A stretch of DNA of 64,000 bases from an uncultured Verrucomicrobiae bacterium. GTDB lineage: Bacteria; Verrucomicrobiota; Verrucomicrobiia; Palsa-1439. Positions 9,463 through 20,070 of the stretch are shown piece by piece. Position 1 is the first letter of the stretch. Every line of letters starts with the position of its first letter. The stretch is from positions 224,001-288,000 of the forward strand of contig CAWEWF010000001.1 of the NCBI GenBank assembly GCA_963812605.1, in the 5' to 3' direction. Under the pieces are notes generated by a model, which ran no database searches, was not told where the DNA came from, and saw only the letters and a program-made list of their open reading frames with translations. The translations under genes and the position numbers were made by a program.

Positions 9463-10926
9463 CTACACCAACGCCGCCAAACTCCCTGCCTTCGCGAGTT
9501 GCTCTTCCATCTCCACGATTTCCTTGATGTTGTGTAGAAACCAGCGGTCGATCTTGGTGAGCAGATACACGGCATCGACTTTGAAACCGGCGCGGAAGGC
9601 GTGACGGATGTAAAAGATGCGTTCGGCGCAGGGAGTGATGAGTTTGCGCTCGATTTCCTCGCGGGGCGGAATTTCCCGGCCGCCCCAGCGTCCGCCGCTG
9701 AGGCCATGTGCGCCGATTTCCAAGGAACGCAGCGCCTTCTGCAGCGACTCCTTGAACGTCCGCCCGATGGCCATCACTTCGCCAACTGATTTCATCTGCG
9801 TCGTCAGCGTCGGGTCGGCCTGTGGAAATTTCTCGAAGGCGAAGCGCGGGATTTTCACGACGACGTAGTCGATGGTCGGCTCGAAACTGGCGGGTGTGGA
9901 TTTCGTGATGTCGTTGGGGATTTCGTCGAGCGTGTAGCCGACCGCGAGCTTGGCGGCGATCTTCGCGATGGGAAAGCCCGTGGCCTTCGAGGAGAGCGCG
10001 CTGGAGCGGCTCACGCGAGGATTCATCTCGATGACGCAGAGCCGCCCGTTTTCGGGATTCACGGCGAATTGGATGTTCGAGCCGCCCGTCTCGACGCCGA
10101 TCTCGCGAATGCAGGCGAAGCTGGCATCGCGCATGAGTTGCCATTCCTTGTCGGTCAACGTCTGGATGGGCGCGACCGTGATCGAGTCGCCCGTGTGCAC
10201 GCCCATCGGATCGAGGTTTTCGATGGAACAGACGATGACGCAGTTGTCGGCCTTGTCGCGCATCACCTCGGTCTCGTATTCCTTCCAGCCGATGAGCGAT
10301 TCCTCGACGAGGATTTCGGAAACCGGCGAGGCCTCGATGCCGCCCAGGGCCATCGCATCGAACTCTTCGCGGTTGTAGGCGATGCCGCCGCCCGTGCCGC
10401 CGAGCGTGTAGGCCGGGCGAATGATAACGGGGAAACGGCCAATCGTGCGCGCTACTTCGCGCGCCTCTTCCACCGTGTGGGCCACGCCGCTGAGGGGCAG
10501 GTCGAGGCCGATCTTTTGCATCGCCTGTTTGAACTTCAGGCGGTCCTCGCCCTTCTCGATGGCTTCCGCTTTCGCGCCGATCATCTCCACGCCATGCTTC
10601 TGCAGAACCCCGCTGCGCCAGAGCGCCATGGCCGTATTGAGGCCGGTTTGGCCGCCGAGTGTCGGCAACAGCGCGTCGGGCTTCTCGCGTTCAATGATCT
10701 TCTCCACCGCCTCGGGCGTGATCGGCTCGATGTACGTCGCATCCGCAAATTCCGGGTCGGTCATGATCGTGGCCGGGTTCGAATTCACCAGCACGACCTT
10801 GTACCCCTCTTCGCGCAGCGCTTTGCAGGCCTGCGTGCCCGAATAGTCAAACTCGCAACCCTGGCCAATCACAATCGGCCCGCTGCCAATGATCAAAATC
10901 TTTTTTATGTCGGTGCGTTTCGGCAT
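9463..10926 (-). CDS. carB: Carbamoyl-phosphate synthase large subunit, N-terminal half (carboxyphosphate domain and part of the oligomerisation domain)
   Basis: [50 protein letters not shown] and MKSVGEVM; ends ...[14 protein letters not shown] at 487 aa. Confidence 0.96.
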   Translation of the reverse strand: MPKRTDIKKILIIGSGPIVIGQGCEFDYSGTQACKALREEGYKVVLVNSNPATIMTDPEFADATYIEPITPEAVEKIIEREKPDALLPTLGGQTGLNTAMALWRSGVLQKHGVEMIGAKAEAIEKGEDRLKFKQAMQKIGLDLPLSGVAHTVEEAREVARTIGRFPVIIRPAYTLGGTGGGIAYNREEFDAMALGGIEASPVSEILVEESLIGWKEYETEVMRDKADNCVIVCSIENLDPMGVHTGDSITVAPIQTLTDKEWQLMRDASFACIREIGVETGGSNIQFAVNPENGRLCVIEMNPRVSRSSALSSKATGFPIAKIAAKLAVGYTLDEIPNDITKSTPASFEPTIDYVVVKIPRFAFEKFPQADPTLTTQMKSVGEVMAIGRTFKESLQKALRSLEIGAHGLSGGRWGGREIPPREEIERKLITPCAERIFYIRHAFRAGFKVDAVYLLTKIDRWFLHNIKEIVEMEEQLAKAGSLAALV

Positions 10927-11940
10927 TTAGAAAAACTCGTTCTGTTTTACGTCGGGTTTGATCCCCAGTTTCTTGTAGGTCAATTCCGTTGGCACGCGGC
11001 CTTGCGCGGTGCGCTTGAGATAGCCTTCCTGGATCAGGAATGGCTCGTAAACTTCCTCGAGCGTATCCGGTTCTTCACCGACGGCGACGGCGAGCGAGCT
11101 GATGCCGACGGGTTTGCCGCCGAATTTGTGCACCAACGTTTCGAGGATGCGTTTGTCCATCTCGTCGAGGCCGTGTTCGTCGATTTCCAGCATGGCCAGC
11201 GCTTTGTCCGCGATGTCCTTGGTGATTTTGTCGGACTTCGCCTTGACCTGCGCGTAGTCGCGGACGCGTTTCAATAAATTGTTGGCGATGCGCGGCGTGC
11301 CGCGCGAACGGCCGGCAATCTCGGTCGCGCCGCCGGCGTCGATGTCCACATTCAGGATGCGCGAGGAGCGATCGATGATGGAGGTCAGTTCGTCGGCGCT
11401 GTAGTAGTTAAGCCTTTCCGTGATGGGAAACCGCGAGCGCAGCGGCGCGGTCAGCAACCCGCTGCGTGTCGTCGCGCCGATCAATGTGAAACGCGGCAGG
11501 TTCAGGCGGACGCTGTGCGCGTTCGGGCCCTGGTCGATGACAATATCCAAACGGAAATCCTCCATGGCGGGATACAGGTATTCTTCGACGACCTTTTGCA
11601 ACCGATGGATTTCGTCGATGAACAACACGTCGCCTTTGTCGAGCTTCGTCAGCAAGCCGGCGAGGTTCGCGGCCTTTTCGAGCGCGGGGCCGCTGGTGAC
11701 GACGATGTTCACGCCCATGACCTTCGCGAGAATGTGCGCCAGCGTGGTTTTCCCAAGTCCCGGCGGGCCACTCAAGAGAATGTGGTCGAGCGATTCCTTG
11801 CGCTGGCGGGCGGCCTGGACCGCGAGATCCAACCGTTCTTTCACCTTGCCCTGTCCCTGAAAATCGGCGAAGAGACTGGGGCGCAATGACACGTCCAGCG
11901 TCTTGTCGTGGATGGTCTCGGTGACGAAGCGTTCCGGCAT
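10927..11940 (-). CDS. ruvB: Holliday junction branch migration helicase RuvB
   Basis: [32 protein letters not shown] and EPFLIQ motifs. Confidence 0.98.
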   Translation of the reverse strand: MPERFVTETIHDKTLDVSLRPSLFADFQGQGKVKERLDLAVQAARQRKESLDHILLSGPPGLGKTTLAHILAKVMGVNIVVTSGPALEKAANLAGLLTKLDKGDVLFIDEIHRLQKVVEEYLYPAMEDFRLDIVIDQGPNAHSVRLNLPRFTLIGATTRSGLLTAPLRSRFPITERLNYYSADELTSIIDRSSRILNVDIDAGGATEIAGRSRGTPRIANNLLKRVRDYAQVKAKSDKITKDIADKALAMLEIDEHGLDEMDKRILETLVHKFGGKPVGISSLAVAVGEEPDTLEEVYEPFLIQEGYLKRTAQGRVPTELTYKKLGIKPDVKQNEFF

Positions 11941-11986
11941 GGTTGCAAGATGCTAAAATCAAGACTGTCGAGGCAAGACTAATCAT

Positions 11987-14107
11987 ATGAAGAGGGCCTT
12001 CCTGCTCGCCTGGGTTTCGCTGTCCGCTTTTACCGGCTGTCAATCGACGCCACGTCCGTCTTCCCAGGCCGAGAACCAACCGCCGATCGCAAAAAAGATC
12101 CCGCACGTCACGACGGTCCATGGCGAACGGCTGGTGGACAACTATTACTGGCTTCGCCAGAAAGACAGTCCCGAAGTCCTCGCCTACCTGAAGGCGGAAG
12201 ATGCTTACGCCGATTGGTTCATGAAACCGACCAAGCCGTTGCAGGAGACGCTCTACAACGAAATGCTCGGACGCGTTCAGGAGCCCGACCAGAGTGTGCC
12301 GTATCGCCAGGGCGACTGGTTTTACTACCACCGCACCGAGGAAGGAAAACAATATCCGATTCATTGCCGCAAGAAGGGGACTGTCGACGCGCCCGAGGAA
12401 GTCACGCTCGACTTGAACGAGATGGCCAAGGGCAGGGAGTTCCTGGAAATCAACGTCTATGAAGTGAGCGACGATGGCAACTTGCTGGCATTCAGCACGG
12501 ATGAAACGGGTTTTCGGGATTACACGCTGTATGTCAAGGATCTGCGGTCCGGCGAGATACACAGCGAGAAAATCCCGCATGTCTCGGACGCGGCCTGGGC
12601 GTCGAACAACGAGACGTTGTTCTATGTGACGGAGGATGACGCCAAACGGCCCTACCGAGTTTGGCGGCACAACCTTGGCGAGAAGGAAGACACGCTGATT
12701 TACGAAGAGAAAGACGCCCTGTTCGACGTGGGAGTCAGCCGCTCACGCAGCAAGCGGTTCGTGTATGTTGCCATCGGCAGCAAAACCACGGACGAGGTCC
12801 GTTATCTGCGCGCCGATCATCCGGATGAACCGTTGAAGATCATCGCGCCGCGCCAAAAGGACCACGAATACAACGTCGATGATGGCGGCGATCTTTTCTA
12901 CATCCGCACGAACGACAAGGGACGTAATTTTTGCATTGTGACCGCGCCACTCGCCGATCCGGGCCGCAAAAACTGGAAGGAAGTTGTGCCGCAACGTGGG
13001 GATGTCTCGATTGACGATCTCGGGGTGTTCACCAATCACTTCGTGCTGGCAGAACGCGAAAATGGCCTGCCGCAAATCAGCGTGTACGACATCGCGACAG
13101 GCGCGGCCCACCGCATCCAATTTCCCGAGGCGTCTTACGCGGTGGGCACGGACGAGAACGCCGAGTTCAACACCACCACACTGCGCTTCACGTACGAGTC
13201 ACTGACGACACCGCCTTCCGTTTACGACTACGACATGGTTACGCACGAACGGAAGCTGCTCAAACAACAACCGGTGCGGGGTGGTTATGACCCCGCGCAG
13301 TACCAGACCGAGCGCGTGTTCGCGACCGCCGCGGACGGAACGCCGGTGCCGATCTCGCTGGTCTATCGCAAGGACCTGAGGCGCGCGAGCGGCAATCCGT
13401 TGCTGCTTTACGGTTACGGTTCCTACGGCATCCCCACGGATGTCTGGTTCTCGTCGAATCGCCTGAGCCTGCTCAATCGCGGCGTGATCGTGGCGATTGC
13501 CCACGTGCGCGGCGGCGGGGAATTCGGCAAACGCTGGCACGACGCGGGCCGCATGCTGAACAAGCGCAACACGTTCACCGACTTCATCGCCTGCGCCCGG
13601 TTTCTCGACGCGCGCCATTACACCGACGCGCAACATACGGTCATCGAGGGCGCCAGCGCGGGCGGACTGCTCATCGGCGCCGTGCTGAACATGCAGCCGC
13701 GGTTATTCAAGGCGGCGCTGGCGGAAGTGCCGTTCGTCGATGTCATCAACACGATGCTCGACGAATCGCTGCCGCTGACGGTCGGCGAATTCGAGGAATG
13801 GGGTAACCCGAAGGTCAGGAAGCAGTATGACTACATCAAGACGTACAATCCCTACGACAACATCCGGCGACAGGCGTATCCCACGATCCTCGTGGAGTCA
13901 TCGCTCAACGACAGCCAGGTCATGTATTGGGAACCGTCGAAGTACGTCGCCAAACTTCGCGCGACCAAGACCGATTCCAATCCATTGGTTTTCCAGGTGA
14001 ACCTGGAACCTTCCGGCCACAGCGGCAAGAGCGGCCGTTACGACGCGCTGCATGACGTTGCTTTTGAGTACGCGTTCATGCTGTTGGAGTTTGGGATCAA
14101 GGAGTAG
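11987..14107 (+). CDS. ptrB: Oligopeptidase B (S9A), probable lipoprotein
   Basis: DNYYWLR, YGYGSYG, HVRGGGE, GASAGG (catalytic Ser), WGNP, DSQV and SGH; lipobox-like FTGC. Confidence 0.93.
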   Translation: MKRAFLLAWVSLSAFTGCQSTPRPSSQAENQPPIAKKIPHVTTVHGERLVDNYYWLRQKDSPEVLAYLKAEDAYADWFMKPTKPLQETLYNEMLGRVQEPDQSVPYRQGDWFYYHRTEEGKQYPIHCRKKGTVDAPEEVTLDLNEMAKGREFLEINVYEVSDDGNLLAFSTDETGFRDYTLYVKDLRSGEIHSEKIPHVSDAAWASNNETLFYVTEDDAKRPYRVWRHNLGEKEDTLIYEEKDALFDVGVSRSRSKRFVYVAIGSKTTDEVRYLRADHPDEPLKIIAPRQKDHEYNVDDGGDLFYIRTNDKGRNFCIVTAPLADPGRKNWKEVVPQRGDVSIDDLGVFTNHFVLAERENGLPQISVYDIATGAAHRIQFPEASYAVGTDENAEFNTTTLRFTYESLTTPPSVYDYDMVTHERKLLKQQPVRGGYDPAQYQTERVFATAADGTPVPISLVYRKDLRRASGNPLLLYGYGSYGIPTDVWFSSNRLSLLNRGVIVAIAHVRGGGEFGKRWHDAGRMLNKRNTFTDFIACARFLDARHYTDAQHTVIEGASAGGLLIGAVLNMQPRLFKAALAEVPFVDVINTMLDESLPLTVGEFEEWGNPKVRKQYDYIKTYNPYDNIRRQAYPTILVESSLNDSQVMYWEPSKYVAKLRATKTDSNPLVFQVNLEPSGHSGKSGRYDALHDVAFEYAFMLLEFGIKE

Positions 14108-14332
14108 TGCTACGTAACGCATTCGGTCAAAGCAACTGTAGAAAGCAGCGAGTTGGCTCACAAATTCGGATCCCCACAATCCAAAATGTCAATAGTCAGT
14201 GACTGCCCCCTTCACGGGTTCACGTGAGGGGCAGAAAGCGTTGGCACGTGGCCGCAAGTTGGGGCGCGGGGGTTAGGCGCGTTTCCCTTGAGTAATACTT
14301 CAATAGGCATTCATCGAACCGCCAGATTGAAA

Positions 14333-14368
14333 GAAGCCGCAAGCAGTTGGCGCTGCTTGCGGCTCCCC
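14333..14368 (-). terminator. Probable intrinsic terminator of the 14394-15218 gene
   Basis: AGCCGCAAGCAG...CTGCTTGCGGCT hairpin followed on the minus strand by TCTTTC. Confidence 0.5.
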
Positions 14369-14393
14369 AAGGAAAGACTACAACCAGATTATG

Positions 14394-15218
14394 CTACTTG
14401 CCGCAGCTCGAAGTATGGATCTGGAGATTACCCGTGCTGATAGGCACCGGGCCTCCGGACATGGTGCTGATCAGCATCAGGATTGCCTCACTATTGCAAT
14501 CATAGACCTTGAGACATAGCAGGTCTTTGCCTGCGCCTGGCTCATGGTGGTCTTCGGCATGCCCAATGAAGCAAACCGCCTGCTCCGGCATCGGATTGCC
14601 AGCGACACCAGTCAGAATGCCAGTGCCATGGAAATCAATCGTGTTCACGTCGACCTTCGGTGAACTGGTCGGGGAACCTCCGCACATGTCGACCGTGATA
14701 AGCTGGCCTTGGAAATGCAGGTCCTGAAGATGGTCAACCACATTCCAGTTGCCACCACCCGCGGCGGTTGGGCTGCAACCAGGGTTGACTACGCCACCGA
14801 AGCTGTAGTCCGCCACGCCCTTCGTCTTGCCAATGGTTCCACCACCAGTGAGCCAGCACGGGCCCTGAGGCGGAGGCGGCGTACAGAAGTCGCCTCCCAG
14901 CGTGAAGTCGACTTCTACAAATTCGTTATTATCATCCACGCTGAATTTCTGGCAACCTTTCCCGCCGACCGACGCCCCGACAGGCAGGCTGCTCTTATCC
15001 ACGCAGATGGTGTAGGTATCCGCCGTGGCCGGCAGATCGATAAGATACGCACCATTACCCGTCGTTGTCGTCGAACCAACTCCTTCGACAGTAACGACTA
15101 TCCCTCCTGCGCTATTGCCGAGAGGACAGCTCACCACACCTACGACGTGCCAGGCATTGGCATTGAGGGCCGAGAGCGCTAAGACCAGCAGGCCTGATGG
15201 TACTATTTTGCATTTCAT
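14394..15218 (-). CDS. Secreted Cys-rich protein: prealbumin/carboxypeptidase-regulatory-like N-domain plus a post-COAP-1-like C-domain
   Basis: Signal peptide MKCK...ANA, Pro linker TPPPPQGP, then CWLTGGG...YSFGG...GNWNVVDH. Confidence 0.6.
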   Translation of the reverse strand: MKCKIVPSGLLVLALSALNANAWHVVGVVSCPLGNSAGGIVVTVEGVGSTTTTGNGAYLIDLPATADTYTICVDKSSLPVGASVGGKGCQKFSVDDNNEFVEVDFTLGGDFCTPPPPQGPCWLTGGGTIGKTKGVADYSFGGVVNPGCSPTAAGGGNWNVVDHLQDLHFQGQLITVDMCGGSPTSSPKVDVNTIDFHGTGILTGVAGNPMPEQAVCFIGHAEDHHEPGAGKDLLCLKVYDCNSEAILMLISTMSGGPVPISTGNLQIHTSSCGK

Positions 15219-15997
15219 AGTTTTCCCTTCGTTCCCTTCGTTAGCCAAGTCCTAAGTCCCGATCCTGCACCAGGACCCTCACGCCAGATGCCCGAACTTA
15301 GCCTTGGATGGTGCGCTTCATATCACACAGCCACTCGATTGTCCAGTGAAATGAATAGGAAATCCTAAGCGAACCTAACATGAACACCAATTCGCTCCTG
15401 CTCCCCACGGCCACCACCCCGTCCAGCATTGTGCGTGTGCGCTGATGCTATAAGGGTACTGTCAAGAGTCTGGCGTTTGGGGCGCATCGGGCGGATATGG
15501 CCCTTTAGGGCCGCGCCGCCCCGCGCCCCCGTAACTTCAATAAAAGAGGGATTAACAGTGAGTAATACTAAAATCGATGTTGGGATGCCAGTCAGTAAAG
15601 GGGTCACCCATTAAAGGTTCCGATTGGAAATGGGGTCACATCTCTTCTTTCTGTAAATGACTTCGATCTTTCTGGTTTGTTCGGCCATCGGTTGAAGGCC
15701 TTAGTATTGACACTTGAGGGGGGTCTTTCGCCGCGACAAGCAGTTGCTGACATATAATAATCCATTTCCCCATCGTAGGTGTGTGGCAATCTATTTCGGG
15801 GTTCATCGATGTTTTTTGGCGCAGCCAGAGAACCTTGCGAAACCTCCAAAAGCTTGCACACCTGCTTAACGTCATTGTTCGAGTTTTGAGAGAGTTTGGG
15901 GCGTGAAGTGCCAATCAAATGAGGGAGCAAAGAAATGAGCGTCTGAGACAGACGCCGCTATACCAGCGGGCAAGGGCATACAAATGGGGACGAACGG

Positions 15998-16027
15998 CAA
16001 AGCTGCGACAAGTCGCAGCAGTCCAAA
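15998..16027. repeat. Single REP unit downstream of ruvA
   Basis: CAAAGCTGCGACAAGTCGCAGCAGTCCAAA hairpin. Confidence 0.55.
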
Positions 16028-16039
16028 AGGCCGGACTGT

Positions 16040-16639
16040 TTACGCGCTCTTGAGCGCGGCTCGCACCAACTCTTCCACGCTGGCTGTTGGGCCCGACTTC
16101 TCCGCGGTGGCGAGTACGATTCGGTGGGCATCGACTTGTTTGTAGCCGAGGGAAACGAGGGCGAGGACGGCGTCGCTGAGCTTCTGTTCCTCGGGGGTGG
16201 CGGCGCGGCCTTTCGTCGCGAAGGCCGCGGCTCCGCCGACTTTGTCTTTCAATTCCACGATCAGGCGCTCAGCGGTTTTTTTGCCGATGCCGCGCAAGGT
16301 CGAAAGCGTTTTCGTGTCGCCGGAAGCAATGGCATTGCGCAAGGCAGAGATCGACGTGCTGCTGAGGATGTTGATGGCAAGTTTGGGGCCGATGCCGCTG
16401 ATGCTGATGAGCAACAGGAACATCTCGCGTTCGTCGGGGGTGACGAAACCGAACAACTGTTGCGTGCCGTCCTGGGCCACGACGTGATGATACGTGAGCA
16501 GTTTGACCTCGTTGCCTTTCGTCGGCAGTTTGTCGTAGCTCGACAGCGGGATGAACACGGCGTAGCCGACCCCGTGGCAATCAACGACAACATGGGTCGG
16601 CGTCGCTTCCGCGAGTTGGCCGTGGAGATGCGCGATCAT
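16040..16639 (-). CDS. ruvA: Holliday junction DNA-binding protein RuvA
   Basis: MIAHLHG, GVGY, LFGF, ISGIGPKLA, GIGKKTAERLIVELKDK and ALVSLGY. Confidence 0.97.
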   Translation of the reverse strand: MIAHLHGQLAEATPTHVVVDCHGVGYAVFIPLSSYDKLPTKGNEVKLLTYHHVVAQDGTQQLFGFVTPDEREMFLLLISISGIGPKLAINILSSTSISALRNAIASGDTKTLSTLRGIGKKTAERLIVELKDKVGGAAAFATKGRAATPEEQKLSDAVLALVSLGYKQVDAHRIVLATAEKSGPTASVEELVRAALKSA

Positions 16640-16681
16640 CGCGGGCCAGTGTAACCGCGAATGCACGCGAATCAACGCGAA

Positions 16682-17180
16682 TCAGATTTGCTTCGGCGGC
16701 TTGACCTGGATGCCGCGGCAACTGTGGGCGTGGCAGATGGCGACGGCGAGGGCGTCACCGGCGTCGGCTTGCGGCGCTTCCTTCAGGCCAAGCATGACTT
16801 TCACCATGTTGCCGACCTGTGTCTTGCCGGCGCCGCCGAGGCCGGTGACGGATTGCTTCACTTTGCGCGGGGCGTATTCGTAAATCGGCAGGTCGTGCTT
16901 CGCGGCGGCGGCGATGATGACGCCACGGACCTGGCCGAGAGTGAAGGCGATGCGCGTGTTCTGCACGTAGACCAGGCCCTCGATCGCGACCGCTTCGGGT
17001 TGGTGGTCGGCGATCAATTTCAGCATGGCGTCACCGATGCGCACGAGGCAGCGCGACGGCAACACGGTCGGCGGATTTTTGACGTGACCGTGACAGAGCG
17101 CGGTCAATTGGTTGCCCCTGGACTTCGATCACGCCGAAGCCGGTGCAGCGAAGACTGGGATCGATGCCGAGGATTTTCAT
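16682..17180 (-). CDS. ruvC: Holliday junction resolvase RuvC; frameshift near 17110
   Basis: MKILGIDPSLRCTGFGVI (frame of ORF 17031-17234) continues in the frame of 16682-17107 with AIE, LGQVRG, VKQSVTGLG and DAGDALAVAICH. Confidence 0.93.
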
Positions 17181-17185
17181 AGAGG

Positions 17186-17306
17186 CAAATTCAAAAACCG
17201 AAATCCGAAACAAATCCGAATCGCAAATGGGCAAACATCAAAGAACAACATTTTTTGATTTTCGAAATTCGTGCTTGTTTCGGTATTCGAGTTTCGGATT
17301 TTTCGC
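17186..17306. repeat. AT-rich short-period imperfect inverted repeat element
   Basis: CAAATTCAAAAACCGAAATCCGAAACAAATCCGAAT...TTTCGAAATTCG...TTTCGGTATTCGAGTTTCGGATTTTTCG, with roughly 7-nt CGAAAT/ATTTCG units. Confidence 0.55.
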
Positions 17307-17307
17307 G

Positions 17308-18069
17308 TTAAGCAGCGGCTGCTTGGACTTTCTCCAGGATCTCGTCGGGGATTTCGCAATTCGAGTAGACGTTCTGCACATCGTCGCTGTCTTCCAGCGC
17401 GTCGATCAACGCGAGAACACTGCGCGCGGTCTTTTCGTCCGTAATCGGCAGCGGTGTCAGCGGAAAAAACGCGACTTCAGCGGACTCGGGTTTGATGCCT
17501 TTCGTCTCCAGCGTTTTGTGTACGGCTTCGAATTGGTGCGGGTCGGTCAGGATTTCGTAGGTGTCGGGATGCACCAGCATGTCCTCGGCGCCCGCGTCGA
17601 GCGCCAGGGCCAGCAGGTCGTCCTCGGAGATCTGTTCTTTCGCGACGAGAATCTGGCCTTTGCGATGAAAGAGGTGCTTTACGGCGCCCATGACCGCCAT
17701 GTTGCCGCCGTGTTTCGTGAAGATCATGCGAATCTCGGCGGCGGTGCGGTTCTTGTTGTCGGTGAGCAGTTCCATCAAGAGCGCGACGCCCCCGGGTCCG
17801 TATCCCTCATAGGTGACTTCCTCGTACGTGACACCGGGGAGTTCGCCGGTGCCCTTCTTGATGGCGCGGTCGATGTTGTCGGCGGGCATGTTCATGGCGC
17901 GCGCTTTCATCAAGATGGTGCGCAGGCGGGGATTGAAGCCTGGGTCGCCGCCGCCGTGTTTGCAGGCCACGGCCATTTCCTTGCCAAGCTTGGCGAAGAT
18001 TTTGCCGCGCTTGGCGTCGATGGTGCCTTTGTAGTGCTTGACCTTCGACCATCTGGAATGCCCTGACAT
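17308..18069 (-). CDS. yebC: YebC/PmpR family protein
   Basis: MSGHSRWSKVKH, NPRLR, YEGYGPGGVA, TDNKNRT and DDVQNVY. Confidence 0.97.
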   Translation of the reverse strand: MSGHSRWSKVKHYKGTIDAKRGKIFAKLGKEMAVACKHGGGDPGFNPRLRTILMKARAMNMPADNIDRAIKKGTGELPGVTYEEVTYEGYGPGGVALLMELLTDNKNRTAAEIRMIFTKHGGNMAVMGAVKHLFHRKGQILVAKEQISEDDLLALALDAGAEDMLVHPDTYEILTDPHQFEAVHKTLETKGIKPESAEVAFFPLTPLPITDEKTARSVLALIDALEDSDDVQNVYSNCEIPDEILEKVQAAAA

Positions 18070-18136
18070 AGCGGGGAAATCTTAGCTTGCTGGCGGTCGG
18101 CTTTCCATATAATTTATCCGCGTCCCAATCACTCGT

Positions 18137-18221
18137 GCGCGGGTGGTGGAATTGGCAGACACGTACGCTTGAGGGGCGTATGGCGAAAGCCGTGCAGGTT
18201 CAAGTCCTGTCCCGCGCACCA
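18137..18221 (+). tRNA. tRNA-Leu (GAG)
   Basis: GCGCGGG/CCCGCGC acceptor stem, TACGC-TTGAGGG-GCGTA anticodon arm, long variable arm, GGTTCAAGTCC T-arm and encoded CCA. Confidence 0.96.
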
Positions 18222-18363
18222 ATCCCCGAGTTGATTTTGAGAGCGAGACGGTCTTGTCAGAAGACAACAGGTGCGGCAGTTGGAGCAACGCGGCACCGCA
18301 CAGAAAAATAACCAAAATCAAAAGCTCGATGGCTGACCTGCTTGGTTCGGGTCACATTTAGAA

Positions 18364-18999
18364 ATGATTCCAAAACCGGCCAACATCTATCGTATTACTC
18401 ACTTTAACAACCTACCCGGGGTTTTGTCAGGGAGCGGCATCTGGCCCGAGAATGTGAGGATGGCTCGCAACATGCCGTACACCAGTATCGCTCACGCCAA
18501 TATCCAAAGCCGGCGCAGCGCCAAGCCGGTACCATGCGGTTCGGGTGGGACTGTAAATGATTACGTGCCATGGTATTTTGCGACGAAAGCGCCGATGCTT
18601 TATGCTTTACACAAGGGCAACGTCCAAACTTACGCAGGAGGCCAAGTGCCGATTATTTATTTTCGGAGCACGGTGGAAACGGTCGGTCAAGCGGGTTTGC
18701 GTTTCGTGTTCACGGATGGCCATGCAATCATGTTCAACTCAAACTTTTACGATGATCTGGGGTGCCTAGATCAAATTGATTGGCCACTAATGAAGGCGAA
18801 GTACTGGCATGCTATTGCCAGCGACCCCGATCGCCCGAGGCGTCGTCAGGCCGAGTTTCTGGTGCATGGATTTTTTCCGTGGGACTTGGTGGAAGAGATT
18901 GGGGTGATGACCCAAGGGCTTCAAAAAAAGGTTGAGGCCCTGCTTCAGACAGCACAGCACAAACCGATTGTTAACATTCAAACTGATTGGTACTATTGA
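18364..18999 (+). CDS. darT: DarT DNA ADP-ribosyltransferase toxin (DUF4433)
   Basis: YRITHFNNL, DYVPWYF, PMLY, FVFTDGHA and RRRQAEFLVH (catalytic Glu). Confidence 0.92.
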   Translation: MIPKPANIYRITHFNNLPGVLSGSGIWPENVRMARNMPYTSIAHANIQSRRSAKPVPCGSGGTVNDYVPWYFATKAPMLYALHKGNVQTYAGGQVPIIYFRSTVETVGQAGLRFVFTDGHAIMFNSNFYDDLGCLDQIDWPLMKAKYWHAIASDPDRPRRRQAEFLVHGFFPWDLVEEIGVMTQGLQKKVEALLQTAQHKPIVNIQTDWYY

Positions 19000-19008
19000 G
19001 TTCACTCT

Positions 19009-20070
19009 ATGATTCAAGAGACTTCCGGTAATTTGTTAAGCGCAGACGCGGAGGCCCTCGTCAACACGGTGAATTGCGTCGGGGTCATGGGCAAAGGGAT
19101 TGCACTTCAATTCCGCCAAGCGTACCCCGAGATGTTTCGTGAATATGCCAAATCTTGCAAGGCCGGGAAAGTGCGACCGGGCAAGATGTGGATTTACGAA
19201 ACTGGTTCCCTACATAATCCAAAGTTCATTATCAATTTCCCGACTAAGCGCCACTGGAAAGGCAAAGCGCGCATTGAGGATATTGAGGCGGGACTGCAGG
19301 CGCTAGTCGCTGATCTGAAGCGGCTGAAAATCAAGTCTGTTGCAGTGCCACCATTGGGCTGTGGAAATGGTGGCTTGGATTGGAATGATGTCCGACCACG
19401 TATTACCGAGGCTTTGGGTCGGATTCCGGAAATTCAAATTCGCCTATTCAAGCCATCAGGTGCACCGCCCGTGGATACAATTCGGGTGGAGACGGAGAGG
19501 CCTGCAATGACACGCGGACGAGCTTTGGTAATCAAGCTCCTGCAAAATTACTACATCCCCGGATACCGGGCCTCGATGATCGAAATTCAGAAGCTAACCT
19601 ATTTTCTCCAAGAAACTGGCGAGCAACTCCGCTTACATTTTGTGCGAGACAAGTACGGCCCTTACGCGGAAGGGCTGCAGCATGTTCTTCAGAAAGTCGA
19701 GGGTCATTACACGCGAGGTTACGGCGATCGAACATCGAATGCCACGTCGCAGATTGCGTTGCTCCCCGGTTCCGTCGATGCAGCAGATACGTTTCTTAAG
19801 GGTGATGCTTCAGCGTGGGAGAACTTGGCAAGAGTCCGCAAACTTATTGATGGATTCGAGAACCCTTACGGCATGGAACTACTCGCTACGGTTCACTGGA
19901 TTGTGAAAGAATGTCCTGAAGCCGCCGATAATGTTGAGATCGCCGTCGGAAAGATACGAAGCTGGAGCGCTCGTAAGAGGGAGTTATTTAGTGCGGAAGA
20001 TGTCAGGACTGCGTGGCGAAAGTTGAAAGAAGAACGCTGGCTGCAGGACATCACTTTGCTCCGGTCTTGA
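19009..20070 (+). CDS. darG: DarG macrodomain antitoxin
   Basis: ALVNTVNCVGVMGKGIALQF, IINFPTKRHW and PPLGCGNGGLDW; C-terminal EIQKLTYFLQ...YGPYA...GMELLATVHW. Confidence 0.93.
   Translation: MIQETSGNLLSADAEALVNTVNCVGVMGKGIALQFRQAYPEMFREYAKSCKAGKVRPGKMWIYETGSLHNPKFIINFPTKRHWKGKARIEDIEAGLQALVADLKRLKIKSVAVPPLGCGNGGLDWNDVRPRITEALGRIPEIQIRLFKPSGAPPVDTIRVETERPAMTRGRALVIKLLQNYYIPGYRASMIEIQKLTYFLQETGEQLRLHFVRDKYGPYAEGLQHVLQKVEGHYTRGYGDRTSNATSQIALLPGSVDAADTFLKGDASAWENLARVRKLIDGFENPYGMELLATVHWIVKECPEAADNVEIAVGKIRSWSARKRELFSAEDVRTAWRKLKEERWLQDITLLRS

Noticed and set aside
15244-15272. CAAGTCCT...CCTGCACCA as an att copy of tRNA-Leu
   Set aside because: Only patchy similarity, and it lies upstream across core genes.
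15604-15930. Short ORFs at 15365-15930 and 20051-20233
   Set aside because: Non-ATG or weak starts, no recognisable motifs and no supporting RBS.
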